Of a DNA stretch of 64,000 nt, positions 35,761 to 48,164 are shown piece by piece. Source of the stretch: Octopus sinensis (Eukaryota). The stretch spans positions 1 to 64,000 of the forward strand of contig NW_021835990.1 of assembly GCF_006345805.1 (NCBI RefSeq), in the 5' to 3' direction. The notes beneath the pieces were generated by a model. It was not told where the DNA came from and made no database searches. It saw only the letters and a list, made by a program, of their open reading frames with translations. The position numbers were made by a program, and so were the translations under genes. How positions within the stretch are numbered: position 1 is the first letter of the stretch; every line of letters starts with the position of its first letter.

Positions 35761-36479
35761 CCGGAGATCGTTGACATCATTAATGTTAACTTTACCAAGA
35801 CCAGTGCAAAAGGACGATAGTAGTGGCAAAGCGTTCATTTTCGCAGAAATCGAAGAGTGCAAGTGCCAGTGAAGGCGTCTGCAAATTTAATCTGTGGATT
35901 GAATCCGCCAATGGTTAAATTGGCAGTTATTCTATACTCGGCTATTCTATTGATGCCCAAAACAAAAAACAGAGTCGTAGAAAATCCCTGTACATAAAGG
36001 GATAATTAGCAGACAACAAATTAAATTCATTTAGAAGAGTATAAAAAAGAAACCTCAAAAAGGCACAAAAATATAAGAACCAGATAATCCCTACACACGG
36101 AAATCTTTAGTAAAAGGCGAAAGATTTATACGCTTTGCATAGGAATCAGATTACCTTTCGGAAGGCCTCGTTTTTGTTCTCAAAAACATATAAATGTAGA
36201 TTTATAATATTTATTAATATGCTTTAAATTGTGAAAATTAAAATTATAAAATTAATTATAAATTATTTTTTAATCAAGAGAGACAAAATAAATAAAACAT
36301 TATGAATATAAATAAAATATTATTTCAATTAATTTAATTAATTTTTTACATCAACATTAATTAATAAGAATTTAAAAATGTTGGTTCAAAAAGAATCCAC
36401 GATTATTAAAATAATGTTAATATTAAAAAATCACATAAACTTGAGAAAAACATTCCTTTAATAGGCTAATGATTTACAA

Positions 36480-37060
36480 AGTTTGACAGAAGCAATTATT
36501 TAGATATATCGCCACTCTTGTGTGCTACAAGATAAATGAAGTAGCACTTTCAAGAAAAAAACTATGGAAAAAGTTGGCACGATTTTGCAATAACATATTT
36601 CACATATGAACAAATTCAAACGAGGATTCAAACGTTTCTCCCACTACTGTTGATACGAATGATTCTTTACTAAATCTAACTGAAACATTTGTTTCCGCAA
36701 ATATTCAATTATATAAACTAAGGAATTCTGTACTAAGATATTTTTTTCAATACGATTGGACTCGAGTTACTTTTAGAATCAAAATGTCGAAACAATGTCA
36801 AAATTTTGGCCAAAATACGTGTTAATGAGATAATCGGATTGTGAATTAATGGAAAGATTTTCTTTATTGTAGACAAGACTGATGCCGGTAAAGAAAAATT
36901 TATAAATATTCTTATTGGGGAGATAACGAATTTTCAAGAATTTAATAATTAACCTGACATAAATACTTGGATTTTTTGATGATGTTGAATTGATAAATGA
37001 GACTATTGAATATTGCAAGATATTGTTGCTTTGTAACTAAGAAATATAAAAATGCAGGAT
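36480..37060 (+). mobile_element. Degraded CGGBP1-like hAT transposase remnant
   Basis: LTETFVSANIQLYKL and KIFFIVDKTD..KFINILIG, homologous to the elements at 23216 and 60104. Confidence 0.6.
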
Positions 37061-37099
37061 TGATCAAATGAAAAATTAAATCACGAAGTCCACTTATCT

Positions 37100-37976
37100 T
37101 GAAAAATTACAAATTCAATGAGTTATGTGTAAAATCGAGCAAGACGTAAACAGTTGTTAACAGTAAAAAATGTAAATCGAAATGGGTACATAGAAGAGAA
37201 CATCTGATAACATATGGAAAACGGTCATTTTTGGGAAAATCAATGTTTGATGTCTCTAATAATAAAAAACTTAAAGTATTTATGGTGAAACTCGACATGC
37301 TTTTCAAAAATGCAATATTCCGGCAGCCGTAAAGTACGGAGGAGGAAGATTAATGATTTGGGAATGTTTCTCATATGGAGGTGTGGGGAATCTTTTTTTA
37401 TTAAAAGGAAAATGAATAGCATCAATGATATTAATCTTTAACAAATGACTTTGTACAATCGCCCAAGGGGGGCTAAAATCATTTATTTTCCAACAAGATA
37501 ACGCTCCATGCTACAAAGCCACATTGTAACCAAATATTTGAAAGACAATAAACACGAAATACTAAATTGGCCATTCCAATCATCAGATCTTAATCATATA
37601 GAACATCTTTGTGTCATGAAAAAATCGGAATTATCAAAAAAACCGCCCAATACATTAAGGAATTGGAGATACGTTTATTTAAAATTTGGGCGTCTGTACC
37701 AAAAACTTATTTGAAAAATTTTGTCTTTTCGCTGAAAAAAGAAGCTACGAAGCAAATTGACGCTCTTCATCATGTTGATTTTAGCATTTGTCACTTAAAA
37801 TTAAAAAATCCAATTTTTTGGTCAGATAAATTAGAGATCTTTGCTTTGAAATACAAATATATAGATAATCTGCTTAAATTTATAAATAATGTATTTTGGC
37901 AAATACGACGAATAATAGTTTTACCTGCAAACACAAAAAATCAATAAACATCCGAATTTTTTTCAATACGCCCCGT
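37100..37976 (+). mobile_element. Tc1-like transposon 3' part, degraded
   Basis: FIFQQDNAPC...NWPFQSSDLNHIEHL (DD34E region); right end TTTTTCAATACGCCCCG-TA. Confidence 0.75.
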
Positions 37977-38402
37977 ATATAACAAGTGTCCTGGGTTCGA
38001 TTGCATTTAGAACATTCTTAAATAGTCAAATGATTTACCCACTTTGGTTTACCTACTTCGTGGCTCATAAACCGAGTTTCCCTAATATATTGAACTTTTA
38101 AAAGACGGAAAATTTGCAAACTTCACAATTTCGAATGACTTTTCTGAGAATCTCATTCTTTACAGTGAATTATCTGTCGAAATTCATATTCAATTTTATT
38201 TACTCCTTCGAAAGAAAACTTGTGTAATGATTTCGCCGCAAGCTCAATTTTGTTTTCATTTTCGCAAGATATGATTAATTTTGGATCACTTAATTTAAGA
38301 TAGTCAGTGAATTTATTGCAAATTTACAATACCTGTCATTGATAATGGTAAAATTCTCCATTTTCTTTATAAGTCGTGCCTCGAAGATTTTCGGGGATTT
38401 TA

Positions 38403-39953
38403 TCATGTCAAACATCTTTTAAAATTTGATATTCTACGCAGCTTGGGGAGTAATGTCCCCCATGTAATGTCAGTCCTCTGAGTAGTATACTTGGGGAGTA
38501 ATGTCCCCCATGTAATGTCAGTCCTCTGAGTAGTCCACTTGGGGAGTAATGTCCCCCATGTAATGTCAGTCCTCTGAGTAGTATACGTGGGGAGTAATGT
38601 CCCCCATGTAATGTCAGTCCTCTGAGTAGTATACGTGGGGAGTAATGTCCCCCATGTAATGTCAGTCCTCTGAGTAGTATACTTGGGGAGTAATGTCCCC
38701 CATGTAATGTCAGTCCTCTGAGTAGTATACTTGGGGAGTAATGTCCCCCATGTAATGTCAGTCCTCTGAGTAGTATACGTGGGGAGTAATGTCCCCCATG
38801 TAATGTCAGTCCTCTGAGTAGTATACGTGGGGAGTAATGTCCCCCATGTAATGTCAGTCCTCTGAGTAGTATACTTGGGGAGTAATGTCCCCCATGTAAT
38901 GTCAGTCCTCTGAGTAGTATACGTGGGGAGTAATGTCCCCCATGTAATGTCAGTCCTCTGAGTAGTATACTTGGGGAGTAATGTCCCCCATGTAATGTCA
39001 GTCCTCTGAGTAGTATACTTGGGGAGTAATGTCCCCCATGTAATGTCAGTCCTCTGAGTAGTATACTTGGGGAGTAATGTCCCCCATGTAATATCAGTCC
39101 TCTGAGTAGTATACTTGGGAGTAATGTCCCCCATGTAATGTCAGTCCTCTGAGTAGTATACTTGGGGAGTAATGTCCCCCATGTAATGTCAGTCCTCTGA
39201 GTAGTATACTTGGGGAGTAATGTCCCCCATGTAATGTCAGTCCTCTGAGTAGTATACTTGGGGAGTAATGTCCCCCATGTAATATCAGTCCTCTGAGTAG
39301 TATACTTGGGGAGTAATGTCCCCCATGTAATGTCAGTCCTCTGAGTAGTATACGTGGGGAGTAATGTCCCCCATGTAATGTCAGTCCTCTGAGTAGTCCA
39401 CTTGGGGAGTAATGTCCCCCATGTAATGTCAGTCCTCTGAGTAGTTACTTCGTCGTGGAATAGATCAGCAAGTTGTTTCCTCAGTTGCCTGTTCTTTTCT
39501 CGTTCCCTGTAGTACTTGTCCCTCCAGTCGAGTTGTGGGCAGAGGGGACACCTCCCTTCGCGGGACAACACATCTGAGTGGAGAGACCCCTCACTTCCAT
39601 ACGCCGACTCCACTGAACTGTTCAGCAGGCCAACCCACCGATTCCTCTCCTCCACCGACCGGGCTCGAATGCACCACACGGTGTCCTTCGTCCATATGTC
39701 CAACCTCCTCTCGTCGTAGTCGTCCAACTGGCATTACACACCAACCATACTATCACTTGCACCTCCTTCACACACACCCACGAGTCCTATAACACACGTC
39801 CTCCCACGATTTGTAGTAACTCAGACTCCCCTTCTCCAAAATAAAGTATCTCTCCTGCCACCCGTATATGTAATTCGTCCATTTTAATAGTGTCGATTTA
39901 TATTCCACACTAGTCACTGATCCACCACAGCTTCCCAACGAATCACAGAACAT
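38403..39953 (-). CDS. CERT1: CERT-type PH-domain protein with short coiled coil; no START domain seen
   Basis: LLKWTNYIYGWQERYFIL..GSLSYYKS, DERRLDI...VWCIRA...RNRWV, ESAYGSEGSL match the CERT PH domain and the motif after it. 23-nt intron at 39728-39750; frameshift in a GT run near 39770. Confidence 0.75.
38442..39448 (-). repeat. 48-bp tandem array, 21 units (one is 47 bp), 1007 bp in total
   Basis: Minus-strand unit (G/T)(T/A)(A/T)ACTACTCAGAGGACTGACATTACATGGGGGACATTACTCCCCAAG; 21x48-1=1007 matches the span exactly. Confidence 0.98.
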
Positions 39954-40299
39954 ACTTTTTATATTTTATTACTATTTATTTTATATTTTATATTTACACT
40001 TTTTTCTAATATATATAAAAACTTTATTTGTCTTTTTGCAAACCTTTATCTTGGAGTGAGACAACGGACATCTGGAAACTTTAGATTAGTTGCCGTGAAT
40101 ACTCTAAAAAGCTCAAATAAACTTGCTGAGAGGTTTAGAAAACAGATAGTTTGATGTTATCAGCCAAGTTTCCGTGAACAGGGCCGAAAGTATATTTTCA
40201 ATTATTCCGAATTGTGATATATTTGTAACCAATGTTTAATAAAAATTAATTATGTAAATTCTATCTTAAATTATTTAAGAATCCAGATCGTCAGTGATT

Positions 40300-40704
40300 T
40301 CTCTTCTTCGCTTGGAAGAAGAGTTTGCAACAAAATTCTCATCATTTTCCATTTCTGCGTCAAAGTAATTGTTCAACTGAGTGTCCTCTATATTTGTGAT
40401 ATATATTTACAGAAGAATGTTGCTCTTCAAAAATTAAAAAATTGGTCGAAACTTACAGCTTAGCATTAATACAGTTTCTCGGAGAATTGAGAGCATATCT
40501 GACGATCTTCATTACCAGCTACTCACTGAATCCAAGTTTTTCGTACACTATTCTAGACGCCAAACAGAATCAAGTCTCGCATTGATTTTTATTACTTAAT
40601 AAAGCCTTCTTTTCATTAATAACATAAAATATTTTTTGTGCGGCCCGCAAAGATATTCTTAATTATCGATTTGGCCCATGAGCTAAAAAGGTTGAGAACC
40701 CCTG
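40300..40704 (+). mobile_element. Buster-type hAT remnant with one TIR
   Basis: LSINTVSRRIESISDDL motif; ends GGTTGAGAACCCCTG followed by TCCTAGAC. Confidence 0.65.
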
Positions 40705-40929
40705 TCCTAGACGATTTGATATTCCCTTTCTCGCAATTCAATAAAATCTATTAACTGATTTTATTCTTATTACCCCTACTTAAAATGAAACGATTGTTCA
40801 GACTTGATATTGAAAAAATATATTTTGTAATTAAAAATAATTTTCTTTGGATGATGAAAGCTTAAAAGCACTCGAATATTGATTTTTATAATGCTCAAAT
40901 ACCAACAAATAAAACTCAAAAATAAAATT

Positions 40930-41800
40930 TTTCAACTGTCATCGACTAGATTTTTTACGCCTGCATTTTATTTCCAAGATCTTTATTCGTTCATTTAGCT
41001 CTTTGATTTTTTCTTCATAATCTTCTTTGAGTTGCTGAATTCTTCTCTGATAAACTTGTTGATCAAAAAACTGATTCTGCCCTCTTAAGATTTCTTCCAG
41101 ATCTCTTATTTTCGACTCATACTATTTATATTGAATAAATTAAGTAAAATTATAGTTCACCGAGGCCTTAGTTAAGGCAGACTCAGATTGTGCAGCTTTT
41201 TTATCTTCAAATGCAGCTTGCTGTATTTCTTTCATTTCTTTTTCATCTTTTTTTTATGTTTTTAAAATTAAACATTTAATTCTCAGGTCTTCTTCAACCT
41301 TTTTAATCTTATTGTATTGTTGAATTTCTATATCTTCGTTTTTTAATATTAAAAGTTCTTTTTCTTTGCTTATTTCGTTAAATTTAGTATTCAGTAAGTT
41401 GTATTTGTCTTAAAAATTATATTTCTTGTTTACCTTGTAACTCATTGCAAAATAAAGAATTTTGATGTTCTTTTAAAGAAAAACAGCCTTCCATTCTTTA
41501 ATGATAAATTAGCTATAAACGTTTATTGAGAGATTCGTTCAAAAGAGAAACATTTTTTAGTTCTTCTTCATTAGTTTTTAGCTGTTCCTTCAAAATATAA
41601 TTGGATTTTAATTGAAGGTTAAAATTCTATAGTATTAAATTTCTATAAAAAAACATTAAATAAATCCTCTATTTCTGATATAATATTTACAAGATCACTG
41701 TTGCCTGAATCATTTTTGTAAAAAAAAAGAAATTTGATGAATCGTGTGTATTTAGCCAGTTTAAGACCCATTAGAATTTTGAAAAAATTTCAAATTCCAC
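40930..41800 (-). CDS. Exons of an unidentified coiled-coil protein
   Basis: E/K-rich open exons, e.g. DQQVYQRRIQQLKEDYEEKIKELNERIKILEIKCRRK, separated by short AT-rich GT-AG spacers. Confidence 0.35.
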
Positions 41801-42606
41801 TAGAGTAATCCTCTATACCACTAACACAATGCTGCTGACTGAAAAATAAACTAGAAGCAGCTGGTTTCCTTTTTTTCTAGAGCCAGTCGGCCTTTTCCGG
41901 ACCGATGGCAAGTGTTCCGACTGGATGACGACTTCTCCTTTCAGGAAAGGCAAGTCCCTAGTTTTAAACGCCACATATGCTATTCAAAACCTGCAGCCAC
42001 CCAGGCTCCGCCAGCGCTCAGGCCGAGGTTTCAAAGAGGACGAAATACCTGTGTATTCCGGATTATTTTGATTTTCCTCTGCTTGCCTTCGAAACCTGAA
42101 GAAACACCTCACTTACGTCGGTAGGAGAATCTCCTCGAAAATAAACGAGCGGAGACAAGCTGAGTCTTTCAGCAAACGTCGGTCGCTGTGTTCCGCAGAA
42201 ACTGCCATTCAATACACAGTTTGGCTTGGTTGAGCTGAACCTTAGGCTCTTGACTAACTTTTAAATCAATTTACCCTAGCTAGCATCTAACTTTGTTCTT
42301 TATTTAATGATAATTTGTACTACGTAAAAATTATTTAAAACAAGATAATGAAAAAGAAATCCGCGATAAAAAAGGTATTAACTTTGAAATATGTTCAAGG
42401 CCAAAAACAGGAAATAATTTCTAGGATTTTTAACCTTGATATTATTTAATTCGTTCATATAATTTTTAGTAGAAAAAATTCGCTTACAAATATTTTTAAA
42501 CATCCAATATATGAATTCTAACCTAAAGAAAACTTTAAAAATGAATGATTTGAAGGTGAATCAAAACTTTAATATTTAGAAACCATTATTAAATTAGATT
42601 AATCAT

Positions 42607-43794
42607 CTAAATGTTGATTTTCTTTGAAGATTCCATTTCAATGATTCTCTTAACCCCGTTAGCCATTTCTGCTACAACGTCAATTTCAGAAATGCCGAGT
42701 CTTCGCTTATTCGATATATCGTAAACTCCGCCAACACTTTCAGTATGCTCTCCATGAATACCACGAGGCTGGACCATTAATTTCTCACAAATTTCTTTAA
42801 AATTAGGCTGCGAACTGAGCCAAGGGATTCTGATATGAACAGAAGCACGAATTGTTGTTCCCAAATTAGTTGGACAATACGTTAAATAACCCAAATTTTC
42901 GTTATGAGCAAAATTCATCCCACAGGCACCAAATTTATTTACTCCCTTCAAAAATTATATAAATAAGCAAGCCTCTATCAGTCTCCTGTAAACTTCTGAA
43001 AGATTCCCTCCCTTCTGCATAGAAATTATTCTCAAATGATCTTCCTCGTTGACCCAGATCAGAAATGTCTTGGAATCATTATGATAGATTCCACGTCCGG
43101 CAGGCCAATGGTTATATCCACAGGCAGTCCGTAGAAATCAAAAAAATTGTATAAACACAACCTATTGTCGTCTTGAAAGAGAAAGTGATCCTCGACTAAT
43201 TGCTTTTCGACTTCTTTACTCATATTGGACAAAGCATAGTATGTCCCTGCATGGTCGCCAGTAAATTGACTAAAAACCTTCTTAACAACGTTCTCCATAT
43301 CAAGTCTATCCTACGAATACATATTTCAAGGTAAAATGTACCTGCTTTGACAAAAGAGGCGGGAATGGTCTGCCTTCAAGAGATCTTCCAACTCTGACAC
43401 GTGTTGAAATGATATATTTATTATCGGGATCCAAATCTCCAAATGGCAGGTTGTCCAAATTACCAAAATTGGGTTGAGGGTGTGTTATTGAATTACTTAT
43501 CTAAGCAATTGAAAAGTACACGTACTTTGTGATAATCTTTTATAATTAAATTAATAAGTGGTCCAAATAACGTATAGGCCTCTGGATCGCAAGCATACAT
43601 ACCTATCTGAGAATCGGTATTAGTTAGGCCTTACAAATTAAAAGCTAATTCTAACCTGGAGTGATACAATTTGAAAGTTCTCCTCCATAAGAAGTCTTAA
43701 GTCCCTTAAGGGAGTCGTAGAGATCTTGAGTCAAATATTTTTTAAGCAGGCTTTTTGATTCCGTAGTTTTATACTTTGTCCACAAAGCTTCCAT
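42607..43794 (-). CDS. Arginine kinase (phosphagen kinase)
   Basis: [92 protein letters not shown]. The motifs fit arginine kinase better than creatine kinase. Confidence 0.9.
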
Positions 43795-44410
43795 TCTACG
43801 TGAAAACTAATTAATTCACGAGCTATCTGAATTTATGTTATAAAAATCGATTTCCACGTACACTAGTTAATGTGAAACAAAACTAATTCAAATTAGAAAT
43901 AATTCAAATTAGAAATTTGGTGTTAAAGTAAGAAGTGATGTGTATTTATTTAGAATTGCCTGCTTTTCAAAGATTCAGAAGTTTGCTTCCCATATTCAGC
44001 AGTCGAGGAGTTTTTGTCTCTAATTGGGAGTTTACAGAATAAGGGTCGACTTGATAAAGAAGTATCACGTGCCATTTGTGTTGTAGTTATTGTCGGAGTT
44101 GTCCGAGGAACTTGTTTATTACATGGACACTGTTGAGAAGACGTCGCAGGATATGCAGTATTATAGAAAATGGAAATTCAAGTTAAAACAAGATCATTCT
44201 TTTGAGTGAGTGTTTAGTTTCTTTTTATCTTTTTTTCCATTAATTATACAACTCACTATGACAATTAATTAAGGAAAAGGATGATTTACATAATCGTGAA
44301 TTCAATTAATTTAGATTTTGATGATATATAAAAATGAGCATTCTATTATTTTTGGTTTACTTGGAATACCGTTTACTTAATCGAAATAGAGCTGTCGATT
44401 CTACAATGAC

Positions 44411-44480
44411 TAGGGCGATTTTTTAACCTAGGAGATAAAAAATTTTAACCTAAAAATTTAACTTTCTTAATCTGAAGACG
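44411..44480. mobile_element. Isolated terminal fragment of the TAGGGC-type hAT family
   Basis: TAGGGCGATTTTTTAACCTA...TTTTAACCTAAAAATTTAAC resembles the reverse complement of 61800-61879. Confidence 0.55.
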
Positions 44481-44710
44481 AAAAAAAATACCCCAAAATT
44501 TAACTATAACTAAACAATAGAAACGCTGAAACTCTTTGATACACATACAAATTACATTATTTTCTAAATTTTATATAAAGTGGTCTTGGTGTTTTAATAA
44601 AATAAATCAATCACAAATTATAAGGCTAAAATTGTTTTGCATTGATGTGGCGGGAAAATCTCAATGCCAAGGAGTATTCAGAAGAGGAAAAGAAAACAGA
44701 GTTGACAAAA

Positions 44711-45146
44711 TTAGTGGAATCGGACAACGATGATAGATAGCATGGCAGGGATAAATCTCTGCAAAGCAGATACCGATGCCCCGCAACGATTAGGTAAATT
44801 GTCACGCAGTATGTCACCAGGTTTGAATATGAGATTCACCAGCAACTCGGGGGCTTTAAAACCAAATTATAAAGACGAGATAGATGTTCTTGCTTGAGAA
44901 AGAAAGGTGATGAGTGCATAAGGAAAGTAAGTTTCGGAATAAAAAATAGTTCTTCATTAGGAAAAGCACCAGATGAGATTCAAGTTTGCAGATACGTAAG
45001 ATAAGGATTTCTATTTCATTTTTGTTGTCACAGAGAGCCTTTCTAATCTCCTTGCCACTGATTTGGGAACCAAGGCAGCTCAGATTTCGAACCGTTAAGG
45101 ACAAGCCCAATAAAAGCAAACCCAAAAATAATTTTTGTGACATCAT
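44711..45146 (-). CDS. Putative small secreted or GPI-anchored protein
   Basis: N-terminal hydrophobic MMSQKLFLGLLLLGLSLT. The second exon ends in a hydrophobic tail (NRCGASVSALQRFIPAMLSIIVVRFH*) but needs one frameshift. Confidence 0.4.
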
Positions 45147-46250
45147 ATTTGACGATTTCCGAGGTCCGAATTTTTTTATTAATTAATAAAATGCATTTTT
45201 TAAATTTAAAGACTAATTAAAAAATGAAGATATTCACTTCTTTAAAAAAACAGTATTCTTGTTTTAATATTTGTTTTAATGTTTCAACTAATATTATCAA
45301 GATGATTGAAGACATTTAAATTGACTTCATCTTTCTACACGTAACCGTTCTCTGGAAATTCTCGCAGATCGAGCTTGTCTTTCGTCTTGGACTCTTTTTA
45401 TCTCAATTACAAAAATATTAAAAATTTATGCCTGTATCTCTTTATGCCTGTACGAAGATTTTAATGAAAAATAAGGATCCCCAAAAGACTCTTCATCTCT
45501 TTTAGTCTTGTTGGGCATCGTCTGAGGAACTGTCAAGGCGTCTTATGAACCGGCAGTTTAAAATAATTTTTGTCCGTGTTTTCTTTTTTCAAAAAAAGTT
45601 GAGAAAAATAATATATATTTCTAAAAATGGGGTTGGATGAACATCAGTGTTAAAGTTCTCTCTCTCGTTTTTATTAACATGTTGAAAATAATTCTTTACT
45701 TTTTTGCTTATAATATTTAAAGGGATCTTATCATAAAAGTCGAAAACATTCACTTTGCTTATTTTAACCAGTATGCAGAAATTTTTTTTAATTTTCTTGG
45801 TGTGAAGGTTTTAAGGATCACGTCATCGAAGGTATTGTAAATATGTTAGAATTTTAGGTGGAATGTTTTTAAAGGACCTCACCTCATCACTTGTTCCCCA
45901 TTATTGACTAATTATAAGGAAAAAGTACTTTCACAATTTATCAGTATCTTGCTAATTTGAAATTGGTGCAGACACACCATACTATTTTATTATTATTTCA
46001 CTAGAAAGCTTATTTTTTATTAAAAAATCAATGAAAGATGCAATAAAACAATCAATAACAAATGAAACGAATATTCTTAATCTAAGAATGATAGTATACT
46101 ATGTGTTGTGTTTGAAAGACGAGTATGGCATAAAAGAGTCCTGGTTTAAAGGAGAAACAATTGACTGATCTAAATTTAGTTCATAATTTTTGTTTCAATT
46201 TCGACTCAAATAGCAGATTACTGGACATTTGTTCTGGTTGAGTCATACAC

Positions 46251-46655
46251 GTGTTACCATTTTTGAACAGAATTTCAAGATTTTATAACATGCAGGGCGA
46301 AATTGAAGATAACTTATTTGAATTATCTCCATCTGATTTTTGCTTTCATATTTCTCGTAAATTTTTTCCGATTTACTTTTCAGGAATTGATAATCATGAA
46401 CATCAAGAAATGATTTCGTATTTCAAATCATCTTTATTTAATTCAAGCCACAATTCTGATATAAACCGGAATATTTTTGCATTTATTTGTTTCAAAAACT
46501 TGAATATTATGAATCAAATATGTACTGTTTTGGCAAATCATGTTGATAAATGGGACACATTCGACGTACCACTGAATTTTTTCTCTGGTTTTATATTTAA
46601 AATTATTTTTTGTCACAGGCTGGATAATGCCCTGGGTTGGATAATACCCCCTTAA
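46251..46655 (+). CDS. Unidentified ORF or exon
   Basis: 134 open codons in very AT-rich sequence; no recognisable motif. Confidence 0.25.
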   Translation: MLPFLNRISRFYNMQGEIEDNLFELSPSDFCFHISRKFFPIYFSGIDNHEHQEMISYFKSSLFNSSHNSDINRNIFAFICFKNLNIMNQICTVLANHVDKWDTFDVPLNFFSGFIFKIIFCHRLDNALGWIIPP

Positions 46656-47357
46656 AAATTTTATTAAAATCAAACGAAAATAACCTGATAATTAATTAAA
46701 AATAACTTGATAATGAAATTAAGTCGATTTATTCAATTTTTTACCAATTTTTTGATCGAATCAATTTTTCCAAGAGTCGGCAAAAACCGGCATCACCAAT
46801 TTTTCCGAATCAATAACGTTTTTTATTATAATTATACAATTATACTTATTATTTTTTCAAATTGAAAAACTTGGATAACCAAAATAAATTTGCACGGTAG
46901 ATTAATTTGAAAAAAACTTTGATAAATTACTAAAATAATTAAGAAAATCAAAAAATCTAATCAAAATTAATTTGAAAAAATATTTATTTTTTTAAAATAA
47001 CGATGTGCTGGCAGCATTGTTAAGTCGCGTTCAGAGGATTAATTATAAAATTAGATTATTCGTCAATGACATCAATTATCATTTTTATTTCATTATCCCC
47101 TTCATGTAAGATGATCCAGAAGTGATTCGTTGATTAAGTTACCATGTCTCGTTGATGATGAAGCAACAAGATGCTTAACTGTGGAGATAATGAATCTTCG
47201 GTGATCAATATGAGACTTACAGTCCATCTCTTACAATTCTTTTCACAAAGCTGGCATATATTGAGGAATTCCTGATTGTCTTCACATATTAAAATCCAAT
47301 TCCAAAACACCTAATAAAAACACAAACAAAGCTGGGAACAGTCAATTTATACAAAAA

Positions 47358-47598
47358 TCAATTTAATTTAGTGCTCTTAATAAGCCCACTACGAATTCCA
47401 GTGGGCTCCCCCGCATACTTCGTGTCTTGATCACGCATTTGAGAGACCTAAAATGACTCCACGTTCTCCCCACCTGACTCCGATGACGTTTGGACGCCTT
47501 CTCATACCTCTTTCTATTTTTAATCCGCGGAATCCTCGCTTTCCTCGAAGTTTTTTTGATCGATAATGAACATTTTTTGACCTTTTTCTGTTTAATCC
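47358..47598 (-). CDS. UTP3: Sas10/UTP3 C-terminal domain exons
   Basis: RKARIPRIKNRKRYEKASKRHRSQ, intron, VSQMRDQDTKYAG(E)PTGIRSGLIKSTKLN*. One missing G in a G-run; upstream exons not found. Confidence 0.65.
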
Positions 47599-47619
47599 AC
47601 CAAAATTTGTATTTTATTA

Positions 47620-47900
47620 TTATTATTTAAGCCAAAACAAAATCACCGTCTTAACCATTAACTAACACGTTCAGGTAATTCCGACACTTCTCAACAGTCG
47701 AGCCATCGGTGTTCCGACCGTGACCCCACGCACTTTCTGTATGTACGGTGAATGGTTTGTGGTCCATTTCCACGATCCCCCCATTTGCCTCTACGAGAGA
47801 CTCCAGTGTTCTATGAACAATTTCCCTATCGGTATGGTCCTTTAGTAGGTTGATAGATCTTTCTTGAAATTATTCGATTTTTAGCCGGTTCGTTGCCGCC
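47620..47900 (-). mobile_element. 5'-truncated LINE 3' end (VGIT-stop family)
   Basis: Reads ...GTPMARLLRSVGIT*, then a UTR containing GACGGTG and an (AAT)n tail. Confidence 0.65.
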
Positions 47901-48164
47901 AGGTTATTGCAATTATCATTACAAAAACCTAAAACTTTATTGGATAGATTATGTTTTTCCAATTTAGAATATATTCATCTATATCTTTTGAGATTCCACA
48001 ATTAAGTGAATAAAAATCAAAAAGTTTAACCCTCACTACTACCTCTGGTAAAAATTCTTAATTCTTAATTAAATAATTTAAAATAAAAAAATTGTCACAA
48101 TATAATTAGATAATATTAAATAAATTTAGCACGATTAATTTTTAGTTTTTTGTGGAGGCGAGTA

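Noticed and set aside
37980-38010. GGGTTCGATT, B-box-like
   Set aside because: Isolated motif with no acceptor stem or A box.
38442-39448. CRISPR array
   Set aside because: The repeats are contiguous with no unique spacers, the context is eukaryotic, and there are no cas genes.
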